DNA of 64,000 nucleotides from an uncultured Cyclobacteriaceae bacterium (GTDB lineage Bacteria > Bacteroidota > Bacteroidia > Cytophagales > Cyclobacteriaceae): the NCBI GenBank assembly GCA_905479015.1, contig CAJQKV010000009.1, forward strand, positions 7,187-71,186. The letters are read 5' to 3'. Below the pieces are notes generated by a model, which worked only from the letters and a program-made list of their open reading frames with translations, made no database searches and was not told the origin of the DNA. Positions within the stretch are counted from its first letter, which is position 1. Every line of letters begins with the position of its first letter. Made by a program: the position numbers and the translations under genes. This document shows, in pieces, positions 60,091 to 64,000 of the stretch.

Positions 60091-61134
60091 TCATTTCAAA
60101 TCATTCAATTGATGTAAGATATCTTGAGATAATTTAAATTGATTTTTACATCGATCCAAGTTATGATTCGGATGGTCAATTTTATAATACGTATTGCCTT
60201 CCATATAATCCGTCAAAAATCTCAATCCCATAATGAACGCCATATAGGCTCCGCTCAAGGGTAGAAACTGTATTTCAGTAGCATCTAATTCATCTTTGGC
60301 CCCCTCTAAATAACCTTCTTTAAAAGCGAAAAATCGATTGCGATCTAAGGATACCCATTGTAAATCTGATTCATCTTCCGCAGCAGTGCAAGCGGTAGAA
60401 CGGATGCCATCACCGAAATCATAATGAACAATACCGGGCATGACGGTATCTAAATCAATCACGCAACAACCTTTATTCAGCTGATTAAGCAACACGTTAT
60501 TGAATTTGGTATCATTATGGGTGACTCGTTTCCTTACTAAAGATAGGGCATCTAAATTCCAAACAGGTAGCAGCTGTTGGGTAAGCAAAGTCACCATGGC
60601 TATTTGATCGGCTGCAGAATGACTTTTTACATTTTTAATTTTTGCCTTTGCCTCCTTGAAATTACGTATTCTATAGTCCAAATTATGAAAATCCGCTAGG
60701 GTCACCGACAAATCGGAAGGATTAAAATCATTTAAGGCTCTAAGAAAAAAACCATAGGATTTGGCACCTTCAAAAATTTGCTCCTCCGACTCAGGCACAT
60801 CAAGCGACTTCAAATGAGATTTAAAATCAAACATTCTAAAATAACCCTCTTCATGATGAACATAATTTTCTAAGCGATGGGTCTTAATAAGCTGCAAAGC
60901 TTCTTGTGAGGTGATCCCCAAACGATCATAGGCTGCAGGCAGATGATCCGTAATTCTTTGAATGTTCCTCATCATTCCGGATACATCCTTAAATATTTTA
61001 TGATTAATTTTTTGAAATAAATATTCTTGATCCGTGGTGACTACCTTGAATGTATCATTGATATGACCTCTCTCCAATCTTTCATAGCTTTTTATGGCCC
61101 CTTGAACGCTAAATTGATCAATGATTTCAATCAT
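60091..61134 (-). CDS. APH/choline-kinase-fold phosphotransferase resembling anomeric sugar kinases (NahK/AmgK-like)
   Basis: Brenner motif 'VTHNDTKFNNVLL' and metal-binding 'VIDLDTVMPGIVHYDFGDGIRS'. I prefer the ATG at 61134 ('MIEIIDQFSV...'), which gives an 8-nt overlap with the upstream nucleotidyltransferase. The ORF track extends 12 codons further. Confidence 0.7.
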   Translation of the reverse strand: MIEIIDQFSVQGAIKSYERLERGHINDTFKVVTTDQEYLFQKINHKIFKDVSGMMRNIQRITDHLPAAYDRLGITSQEALQLIKTHRLENYVHHEEGYFRMFDFKSHLKSLDVPESEEQIFEGAKSYGFFLRALNDFNPSDLSVTLADFHNLDYRIRNFKEAKAKIKNVKSHSAADQIAMVTLLTQQLLPVWNLDALSLVRKRVTHNDTKFNNVLLNQLNKGCCVIDLDTVMPGIVHYDFGDGIRSTACTAAEDESDLQWVSLDRNRFFAFKEGYLEGAKDELDATEIQFLPLSGAYMAFIMGLRFLTDYMEGNTYYKIDHPNHNLDRCKNQFKLSQDILHQLNDLK

Positions 61135-62035
61135 TATTGAAGAGGTTGTCTGGATAAACTCGATCTGCAACCAATTGCTTGAGTTGGGATTTTACCCATG
61201 TTTTGTCCTCACTGTAGGTGACACCAAACCAGTGATCATCTGTCCTAAGAACAGGAATTTCAATTCCTTGTTCAATCAAGCTACTTAAGACTAAAGGAAT
61301 GTAATATTCTGCCTTAAGGTTGGTTTTGCTGGCTTGATATGTGGCATCAAAACCAGCTGCTATCTCTTTAAATATGGAAGAAGTGAAACCCATCAAATTC
61401 ATTGAGACGGTAGCCTGTCTATTGAGGTGAACACGCTTTCCCTTTTCTTCATAATATATATTTCCGTCAGCGCCACGCGCTATAGCTGTTCTTTCAGTAA
61501 TTTCTTTTAAATATTGTTGCTCATCTATTTCACAGACGCCTCTAGAAACGGTGCCATTGTCTGTTATCGTTTTCTCTAATTCATAACCCACCATACAACC
61601 GGTAAGCTCATGATCATTAAGGCTTTCTAAATGAGTCGCCAATGATTTTAACGAATTTTTACCATAAAAGTCATCCGCATTTACAATCCCAAAAGGTTCG
61701 TTAATGACCGGCGCTGCCATCCAAACAGCATGCGCCGTGCCCCAAGGCTTCACCCTACCTTCAGGAACTGTGTATGATTTTGGAATTGCATCTAAGGTTT
61801 GATAAACTACCTCAAAATCACCTTTACCTTGCCATTTATCGAGTATGGCTGCTCTGAATTCAGTCTCTATTTCTTTTCTTATGACAAATATGATTTTACC
61901 AAATCCGGCTTCAAGAGCATCATGTACGGTATAATCTATAATTCTTTCCCCGTTAGGCCCAAATCCATCTAACTGCTTGATACCTCCATATCGACTTCCT
62001 AGGCCCGCAGCCAATATTACTAAACTTGGTTTCAT
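61127..62035 (-). CDS. Sugar-phosphate nucleotidyltransferase
   Basis: 302 aa. N-terminal 'LVILAAGLGSRYGGIKQL' NTP-binding signature and 'VNADDFYG'. Confidence 0.8.
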   Translation of the reverse strand: MKPSLVILAAGLGSRYGGIKQLDGFGPNGERIIDYTVHDALEAGFGKIIFVIRKEIETEFRAAILDKWQGKGDFEVVYQTLDAIPKSYTVPEGRVKPWGTAHAVWMAAPVINEPFGIVNADDFYGKNSLKSLATHLESLNDHELTGCMVGYELEKTITDNGTVSRGVCEIDEQQYLKEITERTAIARGADGNIYYEEKGKRVHLNRQATVSMNLMGFTSSIFKEIAAGFDATYQASKTNLKAEYYIPLVLSSLIEQGIEIPVLRTDDHWFGVTYSEDKTWVKSQLKQLVADRVYPDNLFNND

Positions 62036-62061
62036 TATTTTTTATTAAGGTTGTGAAAGTG

Positions 62062-62069
62062 CAAATATA
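62062..62069 (-). promoter_or_regulatory. Bacteroidota -7 box upstream of the nucleotidyltransferase gene
   Basis: The minus strand reads TATATTTG, 27 nt upstream of the ATG at 62035. Confidence 0.4.
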
Positions 62070-62158
62070 TTAAGACGTTGGTGACTAAGCATTAAGTGAT
62101 AACCATTGAAATAAAAAATACTCCCGATTTGAAGAAATTAAGGCTGCATTGAAATCAT

Positions 62159-62485
62159 TCAAGGCTGACTATTCTTAAGTAATCGCTTATAAAATTCCAT
62201 TCGAATTAAGATCGTCTCATCTAATAGGGTTCTTCCCTCAACCGTTAATTTGACAAACCGTTTACTTCTTCCACCCCTATCTTTTGAAATTCCCCCCAAT
62301 TCAGAATCAATGAATCCTTTGGTCTCCAACCGTCTCAATACTGCATGAATCGCTGTGATATCAATTCTTCGTTTCGCGTGAGAAAGCATTTCATCTTGAA
62401 TAGATTGGGCATATACAGTTGATTGAATCGCACCAATAGCCAACAAAATTAATTCCTCAAGTTCCCCGAGTGATTTTCTTTTCAT
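62159..62485 (-). CDS. PadR-family transcriptional regulator (short, ~108-aa subfamily)
   Basis: Winged-helix pattern 'YAQSIQDEM......ITAIHAVLRRLETKGFIDSELG.....GRSKRFVKLTVEG'. Confidence 0.85.
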   Translation of the reverse strand: MKRKSLGELEELILLAIGAIQSTVYAQSIQDEMLSHAKRRIDITAIHAVLRRLETKGFIDSELGGISKDRGGRSKRFVKLTVEGRTLLDETILIRMEFYKRLLKNSQP

Positions 62486-62495
62486 AAATATTCTC

Positions 62496-62555
62496 TATAT
62501 TTATTGTACAAAAATACATGTAATTTATTAAATGTATCTTTGTACAATAAATATA
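62496..62555. promoter_or_regulatory. 60-nt composite palindrome overlapping the padR promoter; candidate PadR autoregulatory operator
   Basis: TATATTTATTGTACAAA (62496-62512) is the perfect inverted repeat of TTTGTACAATAAATATA (62539-62555). The inner arms ATACAT/ATGTAT are also inverted. Each outer arm contains the self-complementary TTGTACAA. A TATTTTTG -7 box (minus strand, 62509-62516) lies inside the left arm, 23 nt from the padR ATG. Confidence 0.55.
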
Positions 62556-62557
62556 TG

Positions 62558-62581
62558 AAAAAAAAGGCCTTTCTTGGCCTT
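62558..62581 (-). terminator. Intrinsic terminator of the symporter gene
   Basis: The minus strand reads AAGGCC-aagaaa-GGCCUU followed by a U-run, starting 17 nt after the stop at 62599-62601. Confidence 0.8.
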
Positions 62582-62598
62582 AACTTAATTTTTTTTTC

Positions 62599-64000
62599 TT
62601 AATCAAGATTGAGTTTTGACAAGATTCGGAACAATAAATAGGCACAAATCGACGACAGTGTCAATAAACCCACACCCAAGATAATGTTGCCATAAACCAA
62701 ACCTCCTATCCCAAACAGCGATGTGTAAATCGTGATGCACCCAATGAATACCAAAAGAATTTGCTTAGGCATTTGCCAAGTGACGCCATGACCGTCATCA
62801 CAAGGATCTCCATCTGCAATTGCCGCATCTACCACTTTCTTCCAACCTGGTCCTCCAGGTATGGTCAATTTATAAAAAGCCCTCAACACCTCTTTCTTCT
62901 CTGGCTTCGTGATTAAGGTCGTTACGATCCAAGAAACCGTAACAATTCCTACCGTGATTAAAAGCTTAACAGTAAATCCATCCAAAATGGCGGTTTCCAC
63001 CTGTTGATCCTCTACCAATAAAACCAAAATTAGGGCGACAAATGTAGCTACGACCATCGTGACAATTTCAGTAATCGCATTGATCCTCCACCAGAACCAG
63101 CGCATGATGTAAACAGCCCCTGAACCAGCACCCGTTAACAATAATATATTAAAGGCCTCAGTAGCATTATCTAAAACAGTTAGAGACAACGTCCCCGCAA
63201 ATACCATAAGTAGCACCGTGGTGATTCTACCCATTCTGACCATTTCACGTTCTGAAGCATCGGGCTTTACAAATCTTTTATAAAAGTCATTAACAATATA
63301 GGAGGATCCCCAATTTAAGTGGGTACCAATCGTAGACATGTAAGCCGCAATGATTGAAGCCACTACTAAACCTAACCAACCAGGTCCCAACTTGGTCAAC
63401 ATCGCTGGATAGGCGATGTCATCTTTCAAATACTTAGGATCAATTCCAGGGAACTCAGCTTGAATATCAGAAAGTTCCGGATAGATGATTAATGAAGCCA
63501 ACGCGACAATGATCCAGGGCCATGGGCGTAAAGCATAATGTGCAAAATTGAAAAATAACGTAGCTCCTACTGCATTTTTTTCATTCTTTGCAGACAACAT
63601 TCTTTGGGCTATATAGCCTCCACCTCCGGGTTCTGCGCCCGGATACCAAACCGCCCACCACTGTACAGCTAATGGAATGAGTAACAAGGGAACCCAAACG
63701 GTTGGATCAGAAAAATCAGGAAAAAAACTAATCTTATCCGCAATTCTAGGGTCATTGATCAATCCACTTAACCCCCCTATCTCAACTATTTCAGGTTGAC
63801 TTACGGCGACATATGCAGCATAAACGGCTCCAAACATGGCAATACCGTATTGGAAAAAATCAGCCCAAACTACGCCTTTAATCCCTCCCAATGCCGCATA
63901 CATCACCACTACAATAGACGCTCCAATGACCACTACCCAAGGTTCCAAACCCAGCATGACTCCTCCAATTTTTATCGCTGCCAAAGTAACCGAACCCATG
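62599..64000 (-). CDS. Sodium:solute symporter (SSS) family transporter. The 5' end probably lies beyond the right edge.
   Basis: >=466-aa polytopic protein. The frame is still open at position 64000 and SSS proteins are usually longer. 'GGGGYIAQRMLS' is SSS-like. Confidence 0.8.
   Translation of the reverse strand, partial: MGSVTLAAIKIGGVMLGLEPWVVVIGASIVVVMYAALGGIKGVVWADFFQYGIAMFGAVYAAYVAVSQPEIVEIGGLSGLINDPRIADKISFFPDFSDPTVWVPLLLIPLAVQWWAVWYPGAEPGGGGYIAQRMLSAKNEKNAVGATLFFNFAHYALRPWPWIIVALASLIIYPELSDIQAEFPGIDPKYLKDDIAYPAMLTKLGPGWLGLVVASIIAAYMSTIGTHLNWGSSYIVNDFYKRFVKPDASEREMVRMGRITTVLLMVFAGTLSLTVLDNATEAFNILLLTGAGSGAVYIMRWFWWRINAITEIVTMVVATFVALILVLLVEDQQVETAILDGFTVKLLITVGIVTVSWIVTTLITKPEKKEVLRAFYKLTIPGGPGWKKVVDAAIADGDPCDDGHGVTWQMPKQILLVFIGCITIYTSLFGIGGLVYGNIILGVGLLTLSSICAYLLFRILSKLNLD

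Noticed and set aside
1-64000. I looked for tRNA/rRNA genes, CRISPR arrays, transposases, integrases, toxin-antitoxin pairs, restriction-modification or other known defence genes, and tandem repeats.
   Set aside because: Non-coding gaps are few (the largest are ~505 and ~540 nt). They show no cloverleaf-type conserved tRNA ends, no regularly spaced direct repeats and no mobile-element ORFs. All sizeable ORFs have housekeeping or ordinary accessory-metabolism signatures.

Overview
This is a dense, AT-rich, almost fully coding chromosomal window that reads as core genome of a Bacteroidota member (Cytophagia/Flavobacteriia-like). The supporting signs are a T9SS type-B C-terminal sorting domain, recurrent TAnnTTTG '-7' promoter boxes 20-40 nt upstream of start codons, no Shine-Dalgarno signals, a Bacteroidota-style arginine operon with an acyl-ornithine transcarbamylase, and a three-subunit sdhCAB.

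Gene content, left to right:
- dcw cell-wall/division cluster on the minus strand: mraZ-rsmH-ftsL-ftsI-murE-mraY-murD-ftsW, with ftsW truncated at the left edge
- SlyD-like FKBP
- lone UvrD/PD-(D/E)XK helicase-nuclease
- nine-gene arginine operon: GNAT-argG-argC-proC-argD-argF'-argB-argE-argH
- two secreted amidohydrolases
- nqrABCDE, without nqrF
- ispH, cmk, an untracked 53-codon lipoprotein ORF, fabD, and a DCC/DUF393 protein
- 953-aa T9SS cargo protein
- sdhCAB
- 895-aa membrane-anchored repeat protein
- M3 peptidase Dcp, an MscS channel, and a small lipoprotein
- trans-sulfuration PLP enzyme and an MFS permease
- PVC-type CxxCH heme protein and a sulfatase
- M16 peptidase
- PadR-headed cassette: nucleotidyltransferase, anomeric-kinase-like APH, EamA permease, GT2
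- sodium:solute symporter, truncated at the right edge

I found no tRNA, rRNA, CRISPR array, transposase, integrase or phage genes, and nothing resembling a known defence system. I cannot point to a convincing novel system.

The items most worth follow-up:
1. The PadR-kinase-nucleotidyltransferase-permease-GT2 cassette and its 60-nt palindromic operator.
2. A bipartite sequence shared by two unrelated divergent intergenic regions.
3. A textbook-looking MraZ operator, plus a second inverted copy.
4. The structured leader of the arginine operon.
5. An overlooked, translationally coupled mini-lipoprotein ORF.

All functional calls come from motif recognition by eye. No database search was possible.
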